A program made the position numbers and the translations under genes. Source: Eledone cirrhosa (lineage: Eukaryota). Taken from it: DNA of 64,000 nt. The stretch is from positions 287,618,001 to 287,682,000 of the forward strand of contig OZ024742.1 in NCBI GenBank assembly GCA_964016885.1, given 5' to 3'. Below the pieces are notes generated by a model, which saw only the letters and a list, made by a program, of their open reading frames with translations, did no database searches and was not told the DNA's origin. Numbering within the stretch: position 1 is the first letter of the stretch; the number at the start of each line of letters is the position of its first letter. Shown in pieces: positions 11,856-24,582 of the stretch.

Positions 11856-13059
11856 CAAGCAACAAAGCCGCCACAACCAAATCCTAACCTTATTGCTAAT
11901 ATTTCAACAACAACGAGGATACGTCTCCGTTAGTCACTCAACTTGCTAGAAATAGCTACCAAATCCCCCACAAATTCCACCCAAATGCAGCGCTTCCCAT
12001 TCTGGGGAGTCAAAGGCTTAGGTCGCGTGTGAAATTAATTTACATGAACGAGTTCCTTGTAATGAAAAGACTTGGGGCCGCATTCAATACAGAATTGCTT
12101 GCCAGTTAGACAATGGAAAGGTCGAGGGTCACTATTGTTGGCCTGGACATAAAGCATCCATTGGTTTCAAAGTATGTTCCCTCGATTGATTATCATGAAG
12201 CACATCAACACACTCAAACTTCTTGTTGATATCGATGCTGTATTCCCACTCTGTACTTTCTACCGCGACTACAATAACCTCTACTCCGCGGAGCAGGATA
12301 ACCTCTTGTCAAACGACTCACTCGTCCTTCCTATTCTCGTCACCCATGTTGTGTTTCTCAGACGCTTCACTAACAACAATGAGTAGCTCTTCTTTCCCCA
12401 AACGCCAAACCACTGGAATTAATTCTCAGGATAGCCTTGATAAAAGAAACCCCTGGTCAAAGTCATTCCAACCAAGGACATAATTTCAGACAATATGACT
12501 CGGACTACAATTTCCAATACGTCTTTTAAAAAACCAGCTGGTAGGGGGTGATATGAGGACAATTTGGCTACTATTCCGTGCAGGCGAGCAACCACACAGA
12601 GCCGTCAATTAGCAGTTGTTGAAGGAGAGGATTAGCAGTGTCGGTGGTATCAACAGTCTCTGGAGGACGGGAGCCAGGTCTGTGAATACCATACTATTAA
12701 CATTAAAAAAACTGTACTTGCTGCTACGCATACAAACACCCTAGACCAAATTCTCACCTCCACCAAAAGGTCCCCCAGCTGATTGGTAAGAACTAACTCA
12801 GTAACATAGTCCAACGTTTTGCCCACAAACGTGCTGACTCATTATTCTTCTTCTTTTACCTCTAACTACAGCTGCCTAAGCGCCTCATCAAAGCTAGCTA
12901 GTTACACCCCACCCCACCCCGGACCCTCCCCCTCCCCACCTATACTAGTGACCCTTAATGTGCCTCACAGCTAAGAACTACTTTTCTGAATCGTTAACTC
13001 TCGGAACTTTCATTCCCCGTCAAAATTTTTCCTGCAGGTTTTTCAGATGTTCAGGTTAA

Positions 13060-13595
13060 ACATCAGCAATATCGATATCACTAGAATGCCAACAATATCG
13101 ATCTCACGAGATCACCAATTATATCAATCTCACAAGAACACTAACCATATCGATCTCGTGAGAACACAAGCTATATCGATCTCAATAAAATGCCGACCAT
13201 ATCAACCTCCCCAGAACATAAACATTATCCAAATCCCCGGACATATCAATCTCACCAGAACACCAAATATGTTGACCTCACAAGAACACCAACCGTATAG
13301 ACCTCAATAGAACACAAGCCATATCGATCTCACTGGAACACAAGCCATATCGATCTCACTGGAACACAAGCCGTATCGATCTCACTGGAACACTAGCCAT
13401 ATCGATCTCACTGGAACACAAGCCGTAGCCATCTCAGCAGTTTTACTGTATTTATCTCACCAGAATATCAACCGTATCGAACTGATCAGAACATCAACAA
13501 TATTCATCTCATCAACTTTACAATATCGATTTCCCTAGAACACCAACAATAGCCATTTGACATGCCACCATACCGCATTCATCTCATTAGAACAC
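13060..13595 (+). repeat. Degenerate 26-bp minisatellite (GAACACAAGCCATATCGATCTCACTG)
   Basis: Homogeneous copies at ~13310-13435, with decayed copies on either side. Confidence 0.85.
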
Positions 13596-13598
13596 TAA

Positions 13599-15632
13599 TG
13601 GTAGCTGTTTATGTCTGAGTGGACAGTGGTACCTGTTTATGTCTGAGTGGACAGTGGTAGCTGTTCATGTCTGAGTGGACAGTGGTACCTGTTTATGTTT
13701 GGGTGGACAGTGGTACCTGTTTATGTCTGAGTGGACAGTGGTACCTGTTTATGTCTGAGTGGACAGTGGTACCTGTATATGTCTGAGTGGACAGTGGTAC
13801 CTGTTTATATCTGAGTGGACAGTGGTACCTGTTTATGTCTGAGTGGACAGTGGTACCTGTATATGTCTGAGTGGACAGTGGTACCTGTTTATGTCTGAGT
13901 GGACACTGGTAGCTGTTCATGTCTGAGTGGACAGTGGTACCTGTATATGTCTGAGTGGACAGTGGTACCTGTTTATATCTGAGTGGACAGTGGTACCTGT
14001 TTATGTCTGAGTGGACAGTGGTACCTGTTTATGTCTGAGTGGACAGTGATACCTGTATATGTCTGAGTGGACAGTGATACCTGTTTATGTCTGAGTGGAC
14101 AGTGGTAGCTGTTCATGTCTGAGTGGACAGTGGTAGCTGTTTATGTCTGGGTGGACAGTGGTACCTGTTTATTTCTGAGTGGACAGTGGTAGCTGTTTAT
14201 GTCTGAGTGGACAGTGGTACCTGTATATGTCTGAGTGGACAGTGGCAGCTGTTTATGTCTGAGTGGACAGTGGTACCTGTTTATTTCTGAGTGGACAGTG
14301 GTAGCTGTTTATGTCTGAGTGGACAGTGGTACCTGTATATGTCTGAGTGGACAGTGGTACCTGTTTATGTCTGAGTGGACAGTGGTACCTGTATATGTCT
14401 GAGTGGACAGTGGTACCTGTTTATGTCTGAGTGGACAGTGGTAGCTGTTTATGTCTGAGTGGACAGTGGTAGCTGTTCATGTCTGAGTGGACAGTGGTAC
14501 CTGTATATTTCTGAGTGGACAGTGGTACCTGTTTATGTCTGAGTGGACAGTGGTACCTGTATATGTCTGAGTGGACAGTGGTACCTGTTTATGTCTGAGT
14601 GGACAGTGGTAGCTGTTTATGTCTGAGTGGACAGTGGTAGCTGTTCATGTCTGAGTGGACAGTGGTACCTGTTTATGTCTGAGTGGACAGTAGTAGCTGT
14701 TTATGTCTGGGTGGACAGTGGTACCTGTTTATTTCTGAGTGGACAGTGGTAGCTGTTTATGTCTGAGTGGACAGTGGTACCTGTATATGTCTGAGTGGAC
14801 AGTGGTACCTGTTTATGTCTGAGTGGACAGTGGTACCTGTATATGTCTGAGTGGACAGTGGTACCTGTTTATGTCTGAGTGGACAGTGGTAGCTGTTTAT
14901 GTCTGAGTGGACAGTGGTAGCTGTTCATGTCTGAGTGGACAGTGGTACCTGTATATTTCTGAGTGGACAGTGGTACCTGTTTATGTCTGAGTGGACAGTG
15001 GTACCTGTATATGTCTGAGTGGACAGTGGTACCTGTTTATGTCTGAGTGGACAGTGGTAGCTGTTTATGTCTGAGTGGACAGTGGTAGCTGTTCATGTCT
15101 GAGTGGACAGTGGTACCTGTTTATGTCTGAGTGGACAGTAGTAGCTGTTTATGTCTGGGTGGACAGTGGTACCTGTTTATTTCTGAGTGGACAGTGGTAG
15201 CTGTTTATGTCTGAGTGGACAGTGGTACCTGTTTATGTCTGAGTGGACAGTGGTACCTGTTTATGTCTGAGTGGACAGTGGTACCTGTTTATGTCTGAGT
15301 GGACAGTGGTACCTGTATATGTCTGAGTGGACAGTGGCAGCTGTTTATGTCTGAGTGGACAGTGGTACCTGTTTATTTCTGAGTGGACAGTGGTAGCTGT
15401 TTATGTCTGAGTGGACAGTGGTACTTGTATATGTCTGAGTGGACAGTGGTACCTGTTTATCTCTGAGTGGACAGTGGTACCTGTATATATCTGAGTGGAC
15501 AGTGGTACCTGTTTATGTCTGAGTGGACAGTGGTACCTGTTTATGTCTGAGTGGACAGTGGTAGCTGTTTATGTCTGAGTGGACAGTGGTAGCTGTTTAT
15601 GTCTGAGTGGACAGCAGTGTCTGTTTATATCT
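13599..15632 (+). repeat. 28-bp minisatellite (TGGTACCTGTTTATGTCTGAGTGGACAG), roughly 70 copies
   Basis: Direct tandem periodicity with no unique spacers. Confidence 0.97.
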
Positions 15633-16552
15633 GAAAGGAAACAAGAAAAAATGCTAGAAATAACTCTACGGTGTTCCCACCTTTTAGTGCCCTAAGCATG
15701 TACGTATTTTGCTTAACGTTTCACCCGGGCTTGTATGTAGTACGCTTGAGTTCAGTGTTGTCCTACATAACAAAAAGTATTTCAATAGGTTGATACGACC
15801 CAATATGCTTTGTAATATATATATGAAGTATGTTGAGTTTTGGCCTAGATTACGAAGAATATTTCAACCTAGTGTGTGTTTGACATATATGCAATGTGAG
15901 TCAGCCTTGTCCCACAGTGAGTAGAATCATTCAATAGAGTTGTTATGAACCAATGTGTTATTAAACTTATCTAATATCTTTTCCTGGCCAAAAAAGTCAA
16001 TTAGATTTAAAATAATCAACAGAATGAGCCTAACAAGCCCCCCCCCCCCCCCCTCCAAGGGAACCTCTATGCTGTTGATCGAAATACTATTACTAACTGG
16101 CAAATCTTCCTAAAATATAAAGTAAAAGTCATTTTAAAAAATACATATTAGGTAAAGTATACAGAGAAAAGAAAAAGAAAGAGAGAGGTGGTGAGTGAGA
16201 GAGAGAGGCGGAGGTTGAGCGAGAGAGACAGGGGTGAGGGTTGAGAGGGAAGTATCGTGACAATCTGAATATCTGCTCGATCAGGGTTGATCCGGGCAAC
16301 ACAATAATATATGTAAAATGACAAACAAATAAGCCACGTCTTCCTACGTTAAACGTTAAGTCGTAAAATATTTCAAAATATAAAAAAAAAAAAGCTAATG
16401 TCAATAACAACTTTAGTGGGGTGGAGATATCTATTCAGATAATACAATGAAAGTGAGAAAAAGAAAAGAAAAAGAAAAAAATCAGCATTAATATATCAAC
16501 CCCAAAAAGGGTTGATATATAATGTGTACACACACACACACACACACATATA

Positions 16553-16611
<59 letters not shown>

Positions 16612-16616
<5 letters not shown>

Positions 16617-17190
16617 AGAAAGTATGACACCGACGGCAGAGCTCAAGCCGTTTCGACGGCTATTTCTGGACTATTTTTGTCCGACTGCACCAGGATGTCG
16701 TTGGTGCTTTCATACTCCGTTATTTTGCTACGGAGTTGTTGTAGGAATCTGTTGTCTGGGTTTGAATTTAATACCCTTGACCATTTGGAAAAGGTCGTTC
16801 TCGAAGGGTGAGAGCATAGGGTTCGGTGGGGGAGATTTGTAGGTATTGAATCCGAATTTATCCTTGGTGTCGAAGTCACGGTATCTATCATAGAAAAATG
16901 TTCTCCATCTTAGTCTTTTCGCAAAAAGGTCGATTTTTTGCGTGAGCATCCGAAGGTAAAGTTTTGTCGGTGGAATTGGGATGTTCTTGGTGGAGAAGTC
17001 GATATTGTGTTTTCGCATGGTGCGGGTAAAGAAACTTGAGCTGGGTGGAAAAGTCCGGAATAACCGTCGAAACGGCTTGAGCTCTGCCGTCGGGGTCATA
17101 CTTTCTCCTATTACCCACTCTACTACCCTACGTATTGAATACTCTGGCGCGTTATGGTCCATCTGGTTCCTTACCACAACTCCTTCGTTA
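16612..17190 (+). mobile_element. Hairpin+tail element, copy B, with arms separated by a Naiad-like ORF start
   Basis: Arms at ~16612-16672 and ~17053-17112, tail to 17190, (TA)n on both sides. Confidence 0.85.
16672..17018 (-). pseudogene. N-terminal fragment of a Naiad-type Penelope ORF
   Basis: MRKHNIDFSTKNIPIPPTKLYLRMLTQKIDLFAKRLRWRTFF...FGF...P...FENDL..MVKGIKF, then frameshifted NRFLQQL...VQSDK. This matches the remembered Naiad/Chlamys-clade N-terminus (S.KNIP.P, KRMRW, FE.DL, ADK). Confidence 0.75.
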
Positions 17191-17199
17191 TATATATAT

Positions 17200-17355
17200 A
17201 ACGAAGAAAGTGTAGTAAGGAACCAGGTGGACCATAACACACCAGAGTACTCGATACTTAGGGTAATAGGAAAAGAGTCAGGACCCCGACGGCTGAGCTC
17301 CGGCCGTTTAGACAGCTAGATTCGAACTATTACCCACTCTACTATCCTAAGTATC
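17200..17355 (-). mobile_element. Hairpin+tail family, partial rearranged copy C
   Basis: GTAAGGAACCAGGTGGACCATAACACACCAGAGTACTC...GGACCCCGACGGCTGAGCTC. Confidence 0.75.
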
Positions 17356-17759
17356 TGGTTTAGTTCGGATCTGCATATCAGCAGATCCACTGATCAGCCA
17401 GATTTGCCTTTCAACAGACTGGCCAGTCAGTTTCCGGTATGCGAGCGATAAATGGCCTGCTTTGCTACATTCAAATAAGTTTTTTCTGACTTATCGGCCA
17501 GTTTGCTAATATGCAAATCAGGCCGATCAGTCACTGTATATTTTAGAAAATAGCATATATTTTCACTAGCTCTGACAGTTGGCGGATGAACAGCGAGCTG
17601 TACTAATGAAGGGTGATACCCAGAAACATCAGTGTCTGCAGTTCTGTTTACATGCCAACACAAGAGCAAGAATGAGGAACTCATTCTACTGACATGGCTA
17701 TAAAAATGAGGCTTGTTTGCATAATTGCAAACGAATCGAATGTTATTATTAATATTCGA

Positions 17760-17948
17760 TAAGGCGGTGGATTTGCAGTATTGGTAGAGGGTCGGACACC
17801 ATGCTTTGTAGCATAGAGTTACCTCCCTTTATGATCTGAGTTCAAATCCCGCCGAGGTTAACTTTACCTTTCATCCTTACGGGGTCGATAAAATAAAGTA
17901 CCAGTAATGCACTGGGTAATTTATGGCCTTGTGCCAAAAGTAGAAACA
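17760..17948 (+). mobile_element. tRNA-derived SINE with an 18-bp TSD
   Basis: A/B boxes and central domain as in 6799-7170. GTTATTATTAATATTCGA lies at 17742-17759 and 17949-17966. Confidence 0.88.
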
Positions 17949-17999
17949 GTTATTATTAATATTCGAAAAACTCAGATTACATTTATTGTATTTAGCCAT

Positions 18000-20900
18000 G
18001 TAGAGCGAAAATTTATATATAATACGAGTAGCAACATTAATGATAGACACAAAAACAACAACAACAACAACAACAAAAACCAGAAACATAATAATAATAA
18101 AAGTAACAACCACAATGGTAGAAATAACAGTAACAACAACAATAACAATAGAGAAAACAACAGCAATACATCTAACAATCATAACAATAATAATAATGTT
18201 AATGGTAGGAACAACAACAACCATGATAACAATAATAGCAGCACGCACAACTATGAGGATAGATATAATGACACCCCCTTACAGAAAATATTCTTCAACC
18301 CAGCTGACAAAACTTATAAGATGAATAAAATTTATCCTACGAGGTTACCCTTTAATAAAAGGGTTTGTATACCACAACAAATAGATGACGAGACATAGGC
18401 ACAGTTCACCATAGCTAGAAATAATATTAGACAAATAGTAGACCGATATACTAAGAGAAAAAGCAGACCAGAGGTCCAACAACTTGGAAGGAAACCTGTA
18501 GAAGGCTTAGTTAGCATCAAGCAGCGCACAAGGGATGATTAAGTAGTGTGTCTACCCACTGATAAGTCTGGTAGTATGTCGATAGACAGCATGCCGAACT
18601 ACATCAAGGCTATGCAACCCCACATCACCAACACGAGCGAAATTACACAACAAACACATGAGGGAAGAGAGATCCTCAAGCTCACATGATGATGTGGACC
18701 GACATCCTAAAGCCAAGCAGACGCACTGCCAACAACTTCCAGACGTCTAACAATGACATACCACCCTTGTATGGGCTCCGCAAAGACCATAAGACAGTCG
18801 ACGACCCGACAACAGGACCACCAACAAGACCTGTATGCGGAGCCAATATCGCTAGCAACTACAGGATCTCCTACTTCCTCTCAATGGTTATACACCCCAT
18901 AATCAAGATGTCCTCAGATGTATGTGACAGTACAGAAGACATCCTCAGCAGAATCAGTGAGTGCAACAAAAACCAAAAACCTATCTAACTTCATAATAGG
19001 CAGTATGGACGTGGTATCACTATACCCATCCATTAACATTGATTTTACTGTGGAAAAATATGTGGAGATGATCAGTGAGAGTGAGGTGGAGTTCTGCGAC
19101 GTCGACACAGATGAACTGGGCCTCCTACTTAGACTTACCTATGACACCGAGTACCTAGACAGCCATGACCTTAGCCGTTTCTGCCACAGTAGACTCATAA
19201 GAGGTAGAGCCCCACCATAACCTCAATGGCAAAAAAGACTCCCATGAGAAGGTGGATTGGGTGGACCAAAGCCATACGGACTCCCAAAACAATGATCAGG
19301 TAAGAAAAATGGTCGCGCATGCAATAGGGGCTAGTATTAAAACTACCCTAAAGGGCCATATATTCAAATTCAACGAAAAGATCTACACCCAAAATGAGGG
19401 AGCAGCCATTGGCGTCAGCATAGCTGGTGACGTTGCCAACCTTCTGATGGTATGGTGGGAAAGGAGACTCAAAGATCTCCTTAATGAGAGCTCCATAGAC
19501 CTCATCATGTACTCTCGTTACGTAGGTGATATTAATATAGTAATAAGGACAATCCCAGAAGAGAGTACTAACAAATATGATTTAGAATGTAGCACAATGG
19601 AAAGCAACCAGCAGATAGCTAACACCATACACCAGAGTATAACTGTAACTATCGACTACCCTTCCAAACACCGTAACAATAGACTACCTGTATTAGACAC
19701 GGAACTCTGGATTAACACTATGGACGAGAGGGCCCAAATTCTCCACTCACACTACGCTAAACCCATGGCCTCCAAATACCTGATACTCAAAAACTCAGCA
19801 ATGTCCAGTAATGCTAAGTTTAATATTCTGATCGCAGACTTGGTACGAGTGATGAAGAACGTGTCCCGCATGTGCGACCCAACAGAAATGGAAAGATACA
19901 TCCAACACTTCATCAACCGCATGCAGTTCTCTGGCTACAACCAAAGAGACAGAATCAGAGTATACAAAGGAGCCATGGAGAAGTATAAGTCCCTAATAGA
20001 ACTGGACATGAAAGGAATTTGCCCATTATACAGGAGCAAATCATGGAATAACTTAGATAGGACTAAACATAAGATAGGGAAAGCCACCTCATGGTACGTC
20101 AACCAGAGATACCAGAGTGTCATGTTCGTGGACGCTACCCCTGGAAGGAAATTAGCTAACCAATGAGAAACACCCACTTAAAGATTAAAGTGGTAGAAAA
20201 GCCAGGAACTACCATAAAATCCCTAATCAGCAAAACATACCCTTTTAAGAAAACCCACTGTACTAATAGAAAATGTGTTATATGTAAAGTAAACCCCCAA
20301 ATAAAACTAGAAATGTAGTCTATAGCATAAGATGTACAGAGGGTACTTTCAGAAACATGACAACAACATACACAGGCGAGACAACTCGAAGCATAGGAGA
20401 AAAGATGACTAACACGGGGGGAATTAAAAGGACGAAAAAACGGTTCAGTACTATACGAACACGCCAGACAACAACATGACGGTAACATAGACAACATAGA
20501 AATTAAAATAACATCTAAACATAGAAATGACCCAGCAGGTAGGCAAATCAGAAAGGCAAGCGAAATAGAGCTTGGAAGGCCAAAGCTAAACAGAAAAGAT
20601 GAATGGAATAACAACAACACCCAAATAAACAATACCTAAGAGAAATATAAATAAATAAATAAATAAATATATATATACACAAGCACATAATATTGTATAT
20701 ATACACAAACACATAAACACACACTAGTAAACTAAGATAGAATACAATAGCCAAAACACAGGCACCCAAACGCGAACACATACCAAACACTATACACACA
20801 CGCAAACGTATGCACAGAGAAGAAGACAAAAATAAATAAATAAACAGATAACATAAAAACGGCGTAGACATACAATACAACAGGAGGAACATAATAGTAC

Positions 20901-21131
20901 CACTGATGATGTTGCCGATGTGCAAGGAAAGAACTTTGATAGACTATATATATGTGTTTATATCTGTATTTTTGACCGCTGGTCAGTGAATGATAAACAT
21001 TGAGGACCAAATGAATTAACTGTGGAGATATAAAAGATACAGAAGCGAAAAGCAACTAAACAGTGAGTGTGTTCTGTTATTATCTCTGGCAATATTATTA
21101 CAACAATATGAACCTTCCCAAGTATAACAAT
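18000..21131 (+). mobile_element. Penelope-like retroelement (Neptune-like), longer decayed copy 2
   Basis: Asn-rich N-terminus, TDKSG, PPLYGLRKDHK..RPVCG, GSMDVVSLYPSI, QNEGAAIG, RYVGD (mutated YVDD), and a frameshifted GIY-YIG. A hammerhead-like core lies at 20900-20940 and the 3' tail is the same as in copy 1. The 5' boundary is approximate. Confidence 0.9.
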
Positions 21132-21146
21132 ATATATATATATATA

Positions 21147-21341
21147 TAACAAAGGAATTGTGGTAAGGAACCAGATGGACCATAACGCACCAGAGTACTC
21201 AATACTTAGGGTAGTAGAGTGGGAAATAGGAAAAAGTTCGACCCCGACGGCAGAGCTCAAGCCGTTTCGGCGGCTATTTCTGGACTGAAATAGCCGTCGA
21301 AACGGCTTGAGCTCTGCCGTCGGGGTCATACTTTTTCCTAT
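21147..21341 (-). mobile_element. Hairpin+tail element, copy D
   Basis: Same arms and tail in inverted orientation, with (TA)n flanks. Confidence 0.85.
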
Positions 21342-21379
21342 ATATATATATATATCATAAATTATATATATATATATAT

Positions 21380-21900
21380 ATTTATTTTTATATATTTTTT
21401 TATTTTTACTTCACATCCACCAATAAACACCCCCCCCCCCCTTTATTCTCCGATTCACTTACCTAATATCTTCACTTTCCATTTTTTACTTCCCTATTTG
21501 CTTCACTAACTGATTACACTGTGTCACTTGCGTTTTCCACTCCAGATATTTTTTATTTTTATTTTTATTTTTTATTTTTTATTTTTTATTTTTTATTTTT
21601 GCGCAGCCAATCTTACAATTTTATATTTGTACTTACTTATCCACAAGTTTTTTACACCCTGTATCTATGTGTCTGAACGCCTTAATGTGTGTATACTTTC
21701 CATATATGTACATGAGCGCCTACGTATGTGCGTGCGCGTGCGTGTGTATATATATATATATGTATGTCTATGTGTATGTGTCTTTATATCCGTGTTTTTA
21801 CATCTAGGTTTTATGTTTTGTTTCTTTTTTCTTCTTCCCTTTTTTTACATCCTCATTTTTATGCGTGTGCATGCAAACAGGTCAATATGCGTGAGTGTAA

Positions 21901-21937
<37 letters not shown>

Positions 21938-22630
21938 TATCGAACGTATGGATGTGTAAGTGTGCGTGTGTATATAAGCATGTATATTTTTGCGTTTCTT
22001 TTGTGAGATATACGTGTGTGTGTATGCGTGTACCTTCTTTTCTTTAATTTTTTCTTTCTAAATTATTGTTCCATTTTTATAAATATATCGAGATTGATAC
22101 TTTCCTTTAATTATTACACTCCCTTACCTCTTTTACTTCCGCATCTAAGTGTACGTGTGTGCAGGTGTGTTTATGCGCGTGCCTTCATATGCTTATGATG
22201 TATCTATTCTGTCTGTAGATTACAGATACACAGATACATTTGCCCTAAATTATATATTTACGCACACTTTTTCACTATACGTATACATATGTGCATACAC
22301 ATATATGCACATCTGTGAGCGTATATACATACATATACACACACCTAACTATATTTCTTGAAAGATTTTTATATATTTCATATTCTAATTCATTTGTCTA
22401 TATTTTTTTTGATTTTCTTGATGAGACTTTCCAAGTATTTACCCATGTTTTTTATATTGCCTCGTCTGACGAACGAATGAAGACGTTTCGCCTCATTCGA
22501 GAAACCTCTGGTAATGAGGTAATTATATTGTATTGATTTTTATACATTAAATTTTGCTCTGGTACTTACATAGAGCACTCTTCACTTCTATGACCTTTTC
22601 TGTTTTCAACGGAAATTTCAATACTTATGT
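21380..22630 (+). mobile_element. ~1.2-kb non-coding Penelope 3' region / pseudo-LTR, copy 1
   Basis: Nearly identical to 22720-23925 (inverted) and 24275-25428. Hammerhead near the 3' end. Confidence 0.85.
22456..22523 (+). ncRNA. Type I hammerhead ribozyme
   Basis: ATTGCCTCGT-CTGACGA-A-CGAATGA..TCATTCG-A-GAAA-CC-TCT-GG-TA-ATGAGGTAAT. 10-bp stem I (2 G-U pairs), 7-bp stem II, short stem III, GUA site. Confidence 0.82.
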
Positions 22631-22642
22631 ATATATATATAT

Positions 22643-22722
<80 letters not shown>

Positions 22723-22744
22723 GTATAAAAATCAATACAATATA

Positions 22745-22822
22745 ATTACCTCATTACCAGAGGTTTCCCGAATGAGGCGAATACGAAAGAAACGTCTTCA
22801 TTCGTTCGTCAGACGAGGCAAT
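22745..22822 (-). ncRNA. Type I hammerhead ribozyme (inverted copy)
   Basis: Reverse complement of the 25248-25325 motif. Confidence 0.8.
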
Positions 22823-23491
22823 ATAAAAAACATGGGTAAATACTTGGAAAGTCTCATCAAGAAAAGCAAAAAAAAATATAGACAAATGAATTAGAATATG
22901 AAATATATAAAAATCTTTCAAGAAATATACTTAGGTGTGTGTATATGTATGTATATACGCTCACAGATGTGCATATATGTGTATGCACAAATGTATACGT
23001 ATAGTGAAAAGGTGTGCGTAAATATATAATTTAGAGCAAATGTATCTGTGTATCTGTAAACTACAGACAGAATAGATACATCATAAGAATATGAAGGCAC
23101 GCGCATAAACACACCTACACACACGTACACTTATATGCGGAAGTAAAAGAGGTAAGGGAGTGTAATAATTAAAGGAAAGTATCAATCTCGATATATTTAT
23201 AAAAATGGAACAATAATTTAGAAAGAAAAAATTAAAGAAAAGAAGGTACACGCATACACACACACGTATATCTCACAAAAGAAACGGAAAAATATACATG
23301 CTTATATACACACGCACACTTACACATCCATACGTTCGATACATACACACACACACACATACTTACACTCACGCATATTGACCTGTTTGCATGCACACGC
23401 ATAAAAATGAGGATGTAAAAAAAGGGAAGAAAAAAAGAAACAAAACATAAAACCTACATGTAAAAACACGGATATAAAGACACATACACAT

Positions 23492-23565
<74 letters not shown>

Positions 23566-24075
23566 GCACGCGCGCGCACATACGTAGGCGCTCATGTACA
23601 TATATAGAAAGTATACACACATTAAGGCGTTCAGACACATAGATACAGGGTGTAAAAAACTTGTGGATAAGTAAGTACAAATATAAAATTGTAAGATTGG
23701 CTGCGCAAAAATAAAAAATAAAAAATAAAAAATAAAAAATAAAAAATAAAAAATAAAAAATATCTAGAGTGGCAAACGCAAGTGAAATGTATAATCAGTT
23801 AGTGAAGCAAATAGGGAAGTAAAAAATGGAAAGTGAAGATATTAGGTAAGTGAATCAGAGAATAGGGGGTGGGGGTTATTGGTGGATGTGAAGTAAAAAT
23901 AAAAAAATATATAAAAATAAAAATAAAAATAAAAATAAAAATAAATGAAATTAATAATAAGGATAAAAATGAAAGTAAATCAGAAAGGGTAATTATAAAG
24001 AGAATAATAAGAGTTTATGGAGGATAAGTATCTGAAAGTGTGTTAAGTTTATATGAGCTGGAAAGCAGGTGTGAT

Positions 24076-24285
24076 TCAGGCAGGTCTTTGGTGATTTAAG
24101 ATTTTGGAAGAGTTCAGGCAGGTCTTTGGTGATTTAAGATTTTGGAAGATCCAATATTTTTCATTTATGCAGAGCGTGCATTTTCTTGTTCCTCTTGCAT
24201 ATTCTTTAGATTGGTTCAAAATTGACCAATCCAATTTATATTGGATGCCTTGGTCTTTCAAATCCCAAATTCTGCTAGATATTTT
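24076..24285 (-). pseudogene. Naiad-type GIY-YIG endonuclease C-terminal fragment
   Basis: WDLKDQGIQYKLDWSIL...Y...RKCTLCINEKYWI...LN, matching the W.I..Y..CxLC..EK..I..LN pattern. A 37-bp tandem duplication disrupts the end. Confidence 0.72.
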
Positions 24286-24538
24286 TAATTTTTAATTTTT
24301 AATTTATTTTTTTTTTTTTTGCGCAGCCAATCTTACAATTATATATTTGTACTTACTTATCCACAAGTTTTTTACACCCTGTATCTATGTGTCTGAACGC
24401 CTTAATGTGTGTATACTTTCTATATATGTACATGAGCGCCTACATATGTGCGCGCGCGTGCGTGTATATATATATATATATATATATACACGCACGCGCG
24501 CGCACATATGTAGGCGCTCATGTACATATATAGAAAGT

Positions 24539-24582
<44 letters not shown>

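Larger units (their letters stand above)
22720..24285 (-). mobile_element. 5'-truncated Naiad-type Penelope element: endonuclease C-terminus plus long 3' region
   Basis: The EN fragment at 24076-24285 is followed on the minus strand by the 1.2-kb repeat. Confidence 0.8.

Noticed and set aside
13599-15632. CRISPR-like regular 28-bp repeats (also the 27-, 41- and 52-bp arrays)
   Set aside because: Units are contiguous with no unique spacers, there are no cas genes, and the context is eukaryotic.
21380-24285. SECIS element / selenoprotein, as reported for some Naiad elements
   Set aside because: I could not identify a convincing AUGA...AA...GA kink-turn hairpin by eye, nor an in-frame UGA at a conserved Cys. 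SECISearch would be needed.
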